Positions 46,959-56,597 of a stretch of DNA of 64,000 bases are shown in pieces (the first letter of the stretch is position 1; each line of letters opens with the position of its first letter). A program made the translations under genes and the position numbers. A model generated the notes under the pieces. The model was not told where the DNA came from and made no database searches. It worked only from the letters and a program-made list of their open reading frames with translations. Source of the stretch: Candidatus Aenigmatarchaeota archaeon (lineage in GTDB: Archaea > Aenigmatarchaeota > Aenigmatarchaeia > GW2011-AR5); NCBI GenBank assembly GCA_016198685.1, contig JACQID010000007.1, forward strand, positions 1-64,000, written 5' to 3'.

Positions 46959-48128
46959 TTACTCCTTTGCAGCTTTCTTCACTGCTTCGGCCACGGACAA
47001 AGGAACATTCTTGTCAAAGGGATCGGGAATTATCATTTCCGGCGTAGGATTCTTTACGCAAGATGCAAGCGCACGAGCGGCATAAACCTTCATTTTTTCC
47101 GTTATGCGCGCGGCGCGTGCGTCAAGTGCGCCTCTGAAAACGCCCGGGAATGCAAGAACGTTGTTTATCTGGTTAGGGAAGTCGCTTCTTCCTGTCCCTA
47201 TTATGAAAGCGCCTCCTGCTTTGGCTTCGTCGGGCAGTATTTCCGGTACCGGATTTGCCATGGCGAATATGACGGACTTTGGCGCCATGGTTTTTACCAT
47301 TTCTTTGGTTACAAGATTGCCTTTGGAGAGGCCGATAAAAACATCGGCCCCCTTGAGAGCATCAGCGAGCGTACCCTCAATATTTTCTGGATTCGTTATA
47401 TCTGCCATCATCTTCTTGACGCCGTCAATGCCCTTGCGCTTCTTGCTTATCGGACCTTTGCTGTCGCAAACTATGACTTCCTTTGCAGCCGTGCATATTT
47501 TCTTGTCAACGTCAACGCACATGAGAAGCTTTGCAACCGCCATCCCTGCGGCGCCTGCGCCAGATATGACTATTTTCATGCTTTCAAGCGGCTTGCTTGT
47601 AACTTTTGATGCATTGATCAGCCCTGCAAGTATCACTATTGCTGTTCCATGCTGGTCATCGTGGAAGACAGGTATTCCAATATCCTGGAGCCGCTCTTCA
47701 ATCTCAAAGCAGCGCGGAGCAGATATGTCTTCAAGGTTAATGCCGCCGAATGCCGGGGCTATGGCTTTGACTATGCTTATTATCTCGTCTGCATCTTTCG
47801 TGTTCAGGCATATGGGGAATCCATCAACGCCGCCGAACTGCTTGAAAAGTATAGCCTTGCCTTCCATGACAGGCATTGCAGCTTCAGGACCTATATCGCC
47901 CAATCCCAGAACGGCAGTTCCGTCAGTCACGACAGCCACAGAGTTGGATTTCATGGTATAAATATAAGCATTATCCTTGTTGGCTGCGATCTCCTTGCAC
48001 ACTTCAGCGACGCCGGGCGTATAAGCGAGGGAGAGTTCCTTTCGATCCTTTACCGAAACTTTTGACTTGATCTCTACTTTTCCGTTATTCTTGCGGTGGA
48101 GTTCCAAGGCTTCTTCTCTAAGTCCCAT
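46959..48128 (-). CDS. NAD(P)-dependent malic enzyme
   Basis: AYTPGVA, VTDGTAVLGLG, INLEDI, HDDQHGTA, GRSDFPNQINNVLAFPG. Confidence 0.95.
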   Translation of the reverse strand: MGLREEALELHRKNNGKVEIKSKVSVKDRKELSLAYTPGVAEVCKEIAANKDNAYIYTMKSNSVAVVTDGTAVLGLGDIGPEAAMPVMEGKAILFKQFGGVDGFPICLNTKDADEIISIVKAIAPAFGGINLEDISAPRCFEIEERLQDIGIPVFHDDQHGTAIVILAGLINASKVTSKPLESMKIVISGAGAAGMAVAKLLMCVDVDKKICTAAKEVIVCDSKGPISKKRKGIDGVKKMMADITNPENIEGTLADALKGADVFIGLSKGNLVTKEMVKTMAPKSVIFAMANPVPEILPDEAKAGGAFIIGTGRSDFPNQINNVLAFPGVFRGALDARAARITEKMKVYAARALASCVKNPTPEMIIPDPFDKNVPLSVAEAVKKAAKE

Positions 48129-48132
48129 CTTA

Positions 48133-48369
48133 TCATTCCTCTATGTCAAGCGCTTCAGCGAGCGCCGGCTTGTCAAATCCAACTATTATTTCTCCGTCAA
48201 CATCTATCACAGGCACTCCTCTTTGGCCGGACTTCTTGACCATCGTGTCCATGGCGGCAAGATCTTCCCTGACATTAATTTCACGGTATTTCACGCCGTT
48301 CTCGTCAAAGAAGGCCTTTGCTTCCTTGCAGAAATGGCAAGTGGGGGTTGTGTATATCAGAACATCCAT
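48133..48369 (-). CDS. Glutaredoxin/NrdH-like protein
   Basis: CHFC, GVPVI, GFD. Confidence 0.88.
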   Translation of the reverse strand: MDVLIYTTPTCHFCKEAKAFFDENGVKYREINVREDLAAMDTMVKKSGQRGVPVIDVDGEIIVGFDKPALAEALDIEE

Positions 48370-48447
48370 CGTATCACCTCATATCGTTATGAAAAATAAA
48401 GATTTATAATAAGCGCCTTAGGCAAACTTTATCTGTATGCGTAACAA

Positions 48448-49809
48448 TTGATGGCTATGAAGCAGTTCGATCTTGTGGTCATAGGCGCAGGTTCCGGCTT
48501 AAATGTTGCAACAAAAGCAGCTGCCGCCGGCCTCAAAGTCGCTATCGTAGAAGAAGGTCCTATGGGAGGTACCTGCCTTAATAGGGGTTGCATACCGTCA
48601 AAGATAGTGCTTCATTCTGCGGATGTCGCTGAGACTATAGATGGCGCGCGCCGTTTCGGGATAGTGCCGAAAGGTTATAGCGTAGACTTTGCAAAGGTGA
48701 CAAGGCGCGCCTCAAACGCCGTGGATGAGGAATCGCGGGAAATAGAGGAAGGGATAAAGGACACCCAAAACCTTGCGTTATTCAAGGCACGGGCACGGTT
48801 CATTGGCGAACGGACAGTTGCTGCAGGAAATGAAATGATACAAGGCAAGAAGATCGTGATTGCCGCAGGCACGAGACCGGCCATGCCTTCTATTCCCGGA
48901 ATAAACAAAGTGAAATACATGACGAGCGATGAAGCGTTGCGAGTCAAGAAACAGCCTAAAAGCATGATAATACTTGGCGGTGGATTCATAGCCGCGGAGA
49001 TGGCCCACTTTTACGGTGCGCTAGGCACGAAAATCACAATAATCCAGAGAAGCACGATGCTAAGAAATGAAGATAAAGAAATAGCCGATGCATACACAAA
49101 GGCAGCCGGCAAAAAATACAAGCTAATGCTTGGATATGAATCGAAGAGCGTTTCGCAGAAAGGCAAGAAGATAACACTAATTATCAAGAATCAATCCGGT
49201 GCAAAGTCTATAAGTGCAGATTCACTTCTTGTTGCAACCGGCCGCGTGCCGAATTCCGATGTTCTTGATGTCGCGAAAGCCGGGATTGATGTTGATGATC
49301 GCGGTTACATCAGGACAAATGATTATCTGGAGACCAGCGCGAAAAATGTCTGGGCATTGGGGGATATTGCAGGCAAATATTTGCTGAAGCATTCAGCGAA
49401 CCTTGAAGCGCAGTACGTATGGAACAGTATTCTGGGGGACAGGAAGATGGTTGATTACTGGCCAATGCCTCATGCCATATTTTCTTCGCCTCAGATAGCT
49501 GCTGTCGGCTATACTGAAGAAGAATTGAAAGAGCAGGGCGCTGATTATTCCGGATCAACGTATTACTATCGCAGCACAGGCATGGGTCTTGCACTCGATG
49601 AGAAGGACGGCTTTGTTAAAATCTTGCTTGCCAAGAAAAGCGGAAAGATACTCGGCTGCCATATCGTAGGTCCTGACGCCGCATCCATCATACATGAAGT
49701 GATTGTCGCCATGAAAGCCGGGCTCACCGCGGATGCCGTTGGCAGAACCGTGCATATCCATCCTGCCTTATCCGAAGTTGTGCAGCGTGCCGCGCTGAAA
49801 GCGCGATAA
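48448..49809 (+). CDS. Pyridine nucleotide-disulfide oxidoreductase (dihydrolipoamide dehydrogenase/mycothione reductase-like)
   Basis: GGTCLNRGCIPSK, GGGFIAAE, HIHPALSE. Confidence 0.88.
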   Translation: MMAMKQFDLVVIGAGSGLNVATKAAAAGLKVAIVEEGPMGGTCLNRGCIPSKIVLHSADVAETIDGARRFGIVPKGYSVDFAKVTRRASNAVDEESREIEEGIKDTQNLALFKARARFIGERTVAAGNEMIQGKKIVIAAGTRPAMPSIPGINKVKYMTSDEALRVKKQPKSMIILGGGFIAAEMAHFYGALGTKITIIQRSTMLRNEDKEIADAYTKAAGKKYKLMLGYESKSVSQKGKKITLIIKNQSGAKSISADSLLVATGRVPNSDVLDVAKAGIDVDDRGYIRTNDYLETSAKNVWALGDIAGKYLLKHSANLEAQYVWNSILGDRKMVDYWPMPHAIFSSPQIAAVGYTEEELKEQGADYSGSTYYYRSTGMGLALDEKDGFVKILLAKKSGKILGCHIVGPDAASIIHEVIVAMKAGLTADAVGRTVHIHPALSEVVQRAALKAR

Positions 49810-49855
49810 AACTTTGCTTAGGAACTTAAATATTTTATTTAAAATAAATATATTT

Positions 49856-50476
49856 GTGAAACCGACCATCATAGCCCCAATAGGCGGCGACAGTTCTGCC
49901 ATCTTTCGCGGAATCCGGGAATTCGGCGCGGAAAAGATAATTCTTCTGCATGTGCGTGAACATAGGAAGGATGCGGATAATCTCAAGGCCGAACTGGCCA
50001 AATTCTCTGTTCCTGCTCTTTCCATGCAAATGAGTGAGCCTGTATGGGAATCGATTTTCAGGACCATCGGACAGATGCGCAATGAAGATTCCATGATTAA
50101 TGTTGGCGCTTCATATTCCCGTCTAAAATCTGCCGCAATTTCCGCGGCATTTGTGAATGGCATGAGGGGGTTTGATGTTGAGGGCGATAAAATAATGCCG
50201 TTGCCCGTGCTGAAGCTGCCGTATTACGGCATGATAGCAAAGAAGAAGATGGAGATACTCCAATTCCTGGCGAAGCATGGCGGCAAAGAATCCGCTCTTG
50301 AATCCATAACAAAAAGCCTGAACATGAGTCTTCCGCTATTATCCTATTACATTAACGGCAATGCGAAAACCGAAGGCCTGAAGCAGGCAGGACTTGTGGA
50401 AACTAAGGCAAAAGGAAGGCACGTTATAGTTTTTCTTACTTTGACAGGCAGACTGCTTATGGAATCCATCGCATAA
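49856..50476 (+). CDS. HFX_2341/DUF6293-like regulator with C-terminal wHTH
   Basis: AAFVNG...LPVLKL, SLPLLSYYING...LKQAGLV...LTLTG; GTG start assumed. Confidence 0.75.
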   Translation: MKPTIIAPIGGDSSAIFRGIREFGAEKIILLHVREHRKDADNLKAELAKFSVPALSMQMSEPVWESIFRTIGQMRNEDSMINVGASYSRLKSAAISAAFVNGMRGFDVEGDKIMPLPVLKLPYYGMIAKKKMEILQFLAKHGGKESALESITKSLNMSLPLLSYYINGNAKTEGLKQAGLVETKAKGRHVIVFLTLTGRLLMESIA

Positions 50477-50507
50477 AGAACCTGCTGCATACAATGCAAA
50501 GACTTAT

Positions 50508-51530
50508 ATGGATTTGCCAAACGAATACATCATGGGCGACAAAATCGGCTGGCTTGAGAGGCTTGCCGGAAGCGGCGCATATGACACGATACTAATGGAC
50601 AGCTCCGTAATCAGCATTAATACGGACGGAGCGTCCACTATAAGGGATGCCAAAAATCTTCGTGACATAAATCCCGATGACCTGGATTACACGCTACAGG
50701 AGTTGGACGAGCATTTGGCTTTTCTGAATTCGGATATTTCCTGCAAGATTTACACGATACCCGAAGTTGTGGCCGAATTTGGAAGACTGAAGTCGGGTAT
50801 TGACAATCATTATAAGCTCATAAATACGATTGAAGAAAACAAGGTACGAAGGGCGGGAAGAAACGTACGTAATAAGCGCAAGAAATATAGGCGTAGGCCG
50901 GAAGTTTGGGATGCGCCGGAAAGGGTGTGGGCGAGAAACAGGCAGGTGTCCACCGAGAAAAAAGAAACAAGCGAGCAATATACGTTGTTCAGGTATGTTC
51001 AGGATGCGGTTTCAGGAATAGAAAATGCCCTCGGCGGGCGATTAATTCCTGTCGTCAACCCCGGAACTTACGAGGACTTGAAAGCAGTTGTGAACGAATT
51101 ATCAGAAGCGAAAAGTCTCAAAAAGCCATATGCGCAAGGATTTGGAAGATATGATTATACGGATTTGCACACCGATGAGGCGATAATCAGTATGGCTATC
51201 TATCTTGCCGTTTTTGAAGGCAGAAGTGTGGGCGTGGCTACGGAAGATTTCGACTTGGCAAGAATACTTACGGAAGCATGCAGATATTGGAACGCCATAG
51301 AAGCATCGGAAGGGATTGAAGGAATTGATTTTAAGCTAAAAGGAAATCCTGTGATTTTAATGCAGTACAATGCCAAAGGCAGCTACGGGTTTAGCACCAA
51401 CGAAATGCGTTCTTCGGGCAATGGCATATGCAGGGTATATTCCGACAATGAGGAAGACATGCGGTTTCGGGAAAGATGCCTAGACATTTCGCGAAAAGCA
51501 GCCGATTACAAGGCGGCGAAGGTCGCGTAA
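50508..51530 (+). CDS. PIN-like domain protein with basic insertion
   Basis: ILMDSSVI, IPEVVAE, TDEAII, VATEDFDL. Confidence 0.55.
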   Translation: MDLPNEYIMGDKIGWLERLAGSGAYDTILMDSSVISINTDGASTIRDAKNLRDINPDDLDYTLQELDEHLAFLNSDISCKIYTIPEVVAEFGRLKSGIDNHYKLINTIEENKVRRAGRNVRNKRKKYRRRPEVWDAPERVWARNRQVSTEKKETSEQYTLFRYVQDAVSGIENALGGRLIPVVNPGTYEDLKAVVNELSEAKSLKKPYAQGFGRYDYTDLHTDEAIISMAIYLAVFEGRSVGVATEDFDLARILTEACRYWNAIEASEGIEGIDFKLKGNPVILMQYNAKGSYGFSTNEMRSSGNGICRVYSDNEEDMRFRERCLDISRKAADYKAAKVA

Positions 51531-51565
51531 GACTCTATTTTTATGCGTAATAAGTTACAAGAATC

Positions 51566-52246
51566 ATGGAGACGCGCTTCTGGGAAATTGATTTCTTCCG
51601 TGGATGCGCCGTCATTCTCATGGTCATATATCATTTCTTTTATGACATGAATTTCTTCGCAGGCGGGAATTACGACATTTCTTCGGGCATACTCTGGCTA
51701 ATTGGAAGAGCAGCTGCAGTCTTGTTTGTGTTCATTGCAGGCGTTTCAATGAGCCTGAGCTATTCCAGGAACCATGATTTCATGAAGTTCCTGCGCAGAG
51801 GCGCAAAGATATTAGCGGCAGCCGGAGGAATAACTTTGATCACGTGGCTTTTCTTTCCCGACAAGTTTATCGTGTTCGGAATTCTGCACATGATCGGTGT
51901 TTCTTCGATTCTGGCATATCCGCTTCTTAAGCGGATGAAACTGAACGTTGTTTTGGGGGCATTCATATTCATTTCAGGGATAATGATGTGGCCGCATTTC
52001 ACGGATGTGCAATGGCTTTTATGGCTTGTGCCTCATGCATTCAATACATTCGATTATTTCCCGCTCTTTCCATGGTTTGGCCTAATGCTTCTTGGCATAG
52101 CCGCGGGTAATTATATTTATTGTGATAGACGCCTGCGCTTCAGGTCAAGAATTACTATAATAGAAGCCTTGGGAAGGCACTCCCTTTTGATTTATCTTGT
52201 TCATCAGCCTCTTCTTCTTGGACTAATCTACCTTCTATATCTTTGA
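51566..52246 (+). CDS. DUF1624 (HGSNAT-like) membrane acyltransferase
   Basis: RFWEIDFFRG, FGILH, DYFPLFPW, GRHSL..YLVHQP. Confidence 0.85.
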   Translation: METRFWEIDFFRGCAVILMVIYHFFYDMNFFAGGNYDISSGILWLIGRAAAVLFVFIAGVSMSLSYSRNHDFMKFLRRGAKILAAAGGITLITWLFFPDKFIVFGILHMIGVSSILAYPLLKRMKLNVVLGAFIFISGIMMWPHFTDVQWLLWLVPHAFNTFDYFPLFPWFGLMLLGIAAGNYIYCDRRLRFRSRITIIEALGRHSLLIYLVHQPLLLGLIYLLYL

Positions 52247-52274
52247 TTTATCTTTTCAGATGCAATAGGATCAA

Positions 52275-52667
52275 ATGAAGTTTTACATAGCATCGCGGTT
52301 TGGAAAAGCGGCTGAAGTTAAGGAAATGACAAAAAAACTTGAGGAAATGGGCCACAGCGTAACCACGGACTGGACGCAGCACGGCGCGATTAAGCCGTAT
52401 TCGCAGAACGCGTCAAAGGCCATGCTTTATTCGATAGAAGATGTGCAAGGAGTTCTCAACAGCGACGTCTTTATACTCATCACTGACGAGGGCGGAAAAG
52501 GCATGTATGTGGAATTAGGAGTTGCCATTGCCTCATTCATAGAGAAGAAAACCCCGAGAATATACATAGTTGGGGCTCACAATGAAAACACCATATTCTT
52601 TTTCCACCCGTCCATTTCGCGCAAGCAGAACATGGAAGAAGTGTTCAACGATCTGAAATATAGGTAA
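52275..52667 (+). CDS. Nucleoside 2-deoxyribosyltransferase-like protein
   Basis: FYIAS, D...SD, GMYVELG. Confidence 0.7.
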   Translation: MKFYIASRFGKAAEVKEMTKKLEEMGHSVTTDWTQHGAIKPYSQNASKAMLYSIEDVQGVLNSDVFILITDEGGKGMYVELGVAIASFIEKKTPRIYIVGAHNENTIFFFHPSISRKQNMEEVFNDLKYR

Positions 52668-52672
52668 ATGTT

Positions 52673-53194
52673 TCAGGCCTGATTTTTCCATTTGTGTTCT
52701 TCTATGCCGGCCCTTTTATTCACAAGCCTCGCCAATGCGAAGAATAGATCGGAGAGGCGGTTGAGATAGCGGAAAACTTCGCGATTCGTCGTTTCTTTTT
52801 CCGATAGCCTGAGAAATGCCCGCTCGGCCTTCCTTGCGCTTGCGCGGCACGAATGCAGCAGCGCGTCATCCTGGGTCTGGCCTGGAAGTATGAAATTCTG
52901 GAGTGGCGGAAGCTCAGCTTCCGCCTTTTTCATTGCATCTTCGAGCTTCACAATATCGGAAGGCGTAATCATACCCTTGCCTGAAAGGCTTGCAAGGTCG
53001 GCTCCCGCGCTGAAGATTGTCTCGCTTATGCGTGTAAGAGTCGCCTTTAGTTCTTTGTCATTTATTGCGGCACGCGCAAGGCCGACAGAGGCATTCAGTT
53101 CATCGAGCGCTCCGATTGCATCAATCCGCAAGGATGTTTTCTTGGTTTCCCCCCCGACAAGGCTTGTATCATCGGAATCCTGGAAATTTTTCAT
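52673..53194 (-). CDS. PduO-type cob(I)alamin adenosyltransferase-like protein
   Basis: GALDELNA, FILPG, RASARKAER, YLNRLSDLFF. Confidence 0.82.
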   Translation of the reverse strand: MKNFQDSDDTSLVGGETKKTSLRIDAIGALDELNASVGLARAAINDKELKATLTRISETIFSAGADLASLSGKGMITPSDIVKLEDAMKKAEAELPPLQNFILPGQTQDDALLHSCRASARKAERAFLRLSEKETTNREVFRYLNRLSDLFFALARLVNKRAGIEEHKWKNQA

Positions 53195-53233
53195 ATAGAT
53201 CAGCTTTATATGGCAGAAAAGCCATTTTAAATA

Positions 53234-53659
53234 ATGGCAATCGTGGACTTTAATATCGATGTTATGGTAGTCCTCATTTCGGCAGTGGCTTATACTGCTA
53301 TCGGATTTGTCTGGTATTCTGACATGCTTTTCGGCAAACAATGGAGAAAAATAATGAAAATAACTGCTGCTGACATAGCAAAGGCCAAGAAAAAAGGAAT
53401 GGCCATGGGCTTTACCGCAACTTTTGTTGCGTCAATAATATCAGCATTTGTGCTTGCGCAATTCGTGCGACTTGCAGGCGTTTCTTCTGCCCTTGAAGGC
53501 GCTATGGTCGGTGGTGTAGCATGGGTTGGTTTCATAGCCACAGTACTACTAACTTCGGTTGTGTATGAGAGCAAGCCAATCAAGCTATATACGATCAACG
53601 CCGGCTATCATCTTGTCGGCTTTGCCGTAATGGGCGCGATACTCGCATCAATGGCATAA
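53234..53659 (+). CDS. DUF1761 family membrane protein
   Basis: IGFVWYS..LFGKQW; INAGY. Confidence 0.8.
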   Translation: MAIVDFNIDVMVVLISAVAYTAIGFVWYSDMLFGKQWRKIMKITAADIAKAKKKGMAMGFTATFVASIISAFVLAQFVRLAGVSSALEGAMVGGVAWVGFIATVLLTSVVYESKPIKLYTINAGYHLVGFAVMGAILASMA

Positions 53660-53661
53660 GA

Positions 53662-54054
53662 ATGAAGACAATACGTCAGTCTATTATTTTCAACGCTTCT
53701 TCTCACGAGATCTTTGAGATGCTGATGGATTCAGAGAAGCATTCATTCTTCACAGATGACAAGGCTTCCATAAGCCGGAAAGTGGGCGGCAAAATCTCGG
53801 CATATGGCGGCTATATTGAAGGCAAAAATCTCGAGATAATTCCTGATAAAAAGATGGTGCAGGAATGGCGCGCAATCGACTGGGATGACGGGATTTGGTC
53901 TATAATTACTTTTGAATTCAAGGCCTCCGGGAGGGGATGCAAGCTTATCTTCACTCAGGAAGGCGTCCCTGACAACCAGTTCAAAGAAATAAGCAAGGGC
54001 TGGAAGGAACATTACTGGGATAGGATGAAGAAAGTGCTGGAGAGTCGTCAATAA
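53662..54054 (+). CDS. SRPBCC/AHSA1 domain protein
   Basis: KMVQEWR...LIFTQEGVP...GWKEHYW. Confidence 0.85.
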   Translation: MKTIRQSIIFNASSHEIFEMLMDSEKHSFFTDDKASISRKVGGKISAYGGYIEGKNLEIIPDKKMVQEWRAIDWDDGIWSIITFEFKASGRGCKLIFTQEGVPDNQFKEISKGWKEHYWDRMKKVLESRQ

Positions 54055-54187
54055 ATTTTGTTGCATGAATGACTCTCTGGTGCCCAGCTGCATTCCATAA
54101 AGCCATGACTTATTGTTGTCTACCCGAACCTTTGCAGCAATGTCTTAGCAATAATCAAATTTATATGATGGCAAACCAATTATTTGC

Positions 54188-55645
54188 ATGTATAAGATTT
54201 ACATTGACGGGTCATGGGTAAATTCTTTTTCGGGAAAGACATTTGAAAGTTTCAATCCTGCGACGAGAAAATCCATCGGCACTTTTCAGCAAGGGGATGC
54301 TGCAGACGCAAAGCAGGCGATAGACGCTGCGCAAGATGCGCAGAAAAACTGGGCCGATACGCCTGCGCCTTCAAGGGCAAAAATACTGTTCAATATACGC
54401 GATCTATTGATAAAGGACAAAGAGAGGCTCGGGCGGCTCGTGACAACGGAAATGGGCAAGATTCTGAAAGAAGGCATGGGCGACATTCAGGAAGCCATAG
54501 ACATCTTTGAATATATGGCAGGGGAGGGCCGAAGGCTATTTGGCCATACTGTGCCATCCGAGCTGCCGGATAAATTTTCCATGACTACCCGTCTTCCCAT
54601 AGGCGTAGTCTCAGTAATAACTCCGTGGAATTTTCCAATAGCGGTGCCGGCGTGGAAGATGGCGGCAGCGCTGATATGCGGAAACAGCATAGTATGGAAA
54701 CCTTCATCAGACACGCCGCTCTGCGCTGTCGAGCTTGTGAAAATATTTGAGAAAGCAGGCATGCCCAAGGGCGTTGTGAATTTAGTCACAGGGCCTGGTT
54801 CATCTGTAGGCGACGAGCTTGTGAGAAACAAAGCAGTAAGCGGCATATCATTCACCGGACATAGAGATACCGGAGAAGATATACTCAGGAAAGCTGGTGT
54901 CAAGAGGGTCGGCCTCGAACTTGGCGGCAAGAACGGCATAATAGTCATGGATGATGCGGATCTTGGTCTGGCAGTTGATGGGATAGTCTGGGGCGCTTAT
55001 GGAACATCTGGCCAAAGATGCACTGCGGCATCCAGAATTATAGCGCATGAAAAAATCTCTCAAAAACTTGAGAGATTATTGATCTCAAGGATTGCAAAAA
55101 TAAGAGTCGGGAATGGTTTGCAGAAAACTACGGATATGGGGCCTCTTATCAATGAAGGTGCGATCAAGAAATGCGAGAAATATATAGAGATAGGAAAAAA
55201 CGAGGGTGCAAAACTTGCATACGGCGGAAAAAGGCTTAATAGCAAAGGCTATTTCTTCTCGCCGAGCCTGTTCACAAAAGTCACGTCGGATATGAGAATA
55301 GCGCAGGAGGAAATATTCGGGCCGGTTTTATCAATGATCACTGTAAAGAATTTCGATGAAGTTATAGACACAATTAATTCTGTTGATTATGGGCTTTCAT
55401 CAAGCATATATACCAAGGATATGAAGGCGGCGTTCAGGGCAGTTCGGGAAATAGAGGCAGGCCTTACGTACGTGAATTCATCGACGACAGGCAGCGAGGC
55501 TCACATGCCTTTTGGGGGCGTCAAAGGAACAGGCAACGGCGTTCGGGAGGCAGGCATAATGGGTATAGAGGAATTCTCTAATGTCAAGACGGTCTACTTT
55601 GATTATTCCGGCCGCCTACAGAAGGCGCAGATAGATACCGGCTAG
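54188..55645 (+). CDS. Aldehyde dehydrogenase
   Basis: PWNFP, WKPS, FTG, LELGGKN, GQRCTA, EEIFGPV. Confidence 0.95.
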   Translation: MYKIYIDGSWVNSFSGKTFESFNPATRKSIGTFQQGDAADAKQAIDAAQDAQKNWADTPAPSRAKILFNIRDLLIKDKERLGRLVTTEMGKILKEGMGDIQEAIDIFEYMAGEGRRLFGHTVPSELPDKFSMTTRLPIGVVSVITPWNFPIAVPAWKMAAALICGNSIVWKPSSDTPLCAVELVKIFEKAGMPKGVVNLVTGPGSSVGDELVRNKAVSGISFTGHRDTGEDILRKAGVKRVGLELGGKNGIIVMDDADLGLAVDGIVWGAYGTSGQRCTAASRIIAHEKISQKLERLLISRIAKIRVGNGLQKTTDMGPLINEGAIKKCEKYIEIGKNEGAKLAYGGKRLNSKGYFFSPSLFTKVTSDMRIAQEEIFGPVLSMITVKNFDEVIDTINSVDYGLSSSIYTKDMKAAFRAVREIEAGLTYVNSSTTGSEAHMPFGGVKGTGNGVREAGIMGIEEFSNVKTVYFDYSGRLQKAQIDTG

Positions 55646-56511
55646 CAATCATGCGGATATTGGAGATCCTTTAGAAACCGTTCCATTTCAGCTGAAAGCT
55701 GAACCTTTGGTTGGGGGTCGGCTGCTTCCGGGCGGTTTCTTCTCGTCCATTCATGGTCAAACGTTGCCTGCATTATTTCAATGTCGTCCCGCCATTGGCG
55801 GTCGGCCATCATATAGCTTATATATCTGTTTTCATATTCTCTTGTTTCCGTATCTAAGAAGGATTCTTCCAAAGGCATGCCGATGATCTCGTGGGCTTTG
55901 TCAGCAAGTCGTTTCATATAGGGGTGATTCTGGACATATATATGGTCTGGAAGGTACTTAGGGACGATAATTTCCAGCCCCATGGAGTCTATTCCATTCT
56001 CCTGCGCCTGAAAAAGAATCAAAGGCCCCGCACCCGCATTTTCCCTGTCGTCAGTGAGGGGATAAAGAGACGGATCGCTTGGTTTGCGGGAGCCGTGCGT
56101 ATAGTAATAATAAGCGTCTCTTGTGTGCGGGACATCGTTCCTGATGGTATCATCCATAAGCAGAAGTTTCCCTATGCCTAATTCTTGCGCTATATCTATG
56201 AACTGTTTAGCATATTCACTTTCTGCATTTTCAGGCTGCGTGCCGAGAAAAACTGCAAGTGCTTTGCCGTCAATTTCCATGAGATAGAAATCGTTTTCCG
56301 GCCCCGGAAAGTCGCGTATTTTCCCGTCGTGTATCAAGACACGGCTACCGCGTTTGTTATAATATGCCTGCCAAGGTATTATATGGGTTTTTCTTGTATT
56401 GACTCTGTGATATCCCCCCAAAGCGATGAGTTTGGCCGCATCATAGGAAATCTTTGTTTCATATGGATTTTTGAATGCTGCTATGAGCGGCAGGTTACCT
56501 TTTTCGGGCAT
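55642..56511 (-). CDS. PAC2-family (proteasome assembly chaperone-like) protein, diverged
   Basis: GTQPE, VPHTR, VPKYL, EMERFL tail. Confidence 0.55.
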   Translation of the reverse strand: MPEKGNLPLIAAFKNPYETKISYDAAKLIALGGYHRVNTRKTHIIPWQAYYNKRGSRVLIHDGKIRDFPGPENDFYLMEIDGKALAVFLGTQPENAESEYAKQFIDIAQELGIGKLLLMDDTIRNDVPHTRDAYYYYTHGSRKPSDPSLYPLTDDRENAGAGPLILFQAQENGIDSMGLEIIVPKYLPDHIYVQNHPYMKRLADKAHEIIGMPLEESFLDTETREYENRYISYMMADRQWRDDIEIMQATFDHEWTRRNRPEAADPQPKVQLSAEMERFLKDLQYPHDC

Positions 56512-56597
56512 TTTCTTTTCATGTTATAAAATATTAAATAGCTTGCGCTTGGGGCAGATAGGATTATATAGGGTAATGAACAATTATTAGCGGTATC

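Noticed and set aside
35139-47961. Long antisense ORFs (35139..35972, 42361..43317, 46770..47609, 47104..47961)
   Set aside because: They lie opposite well-conserved gatB, lysS and malic enzyme genes and show no protein-like motifs.
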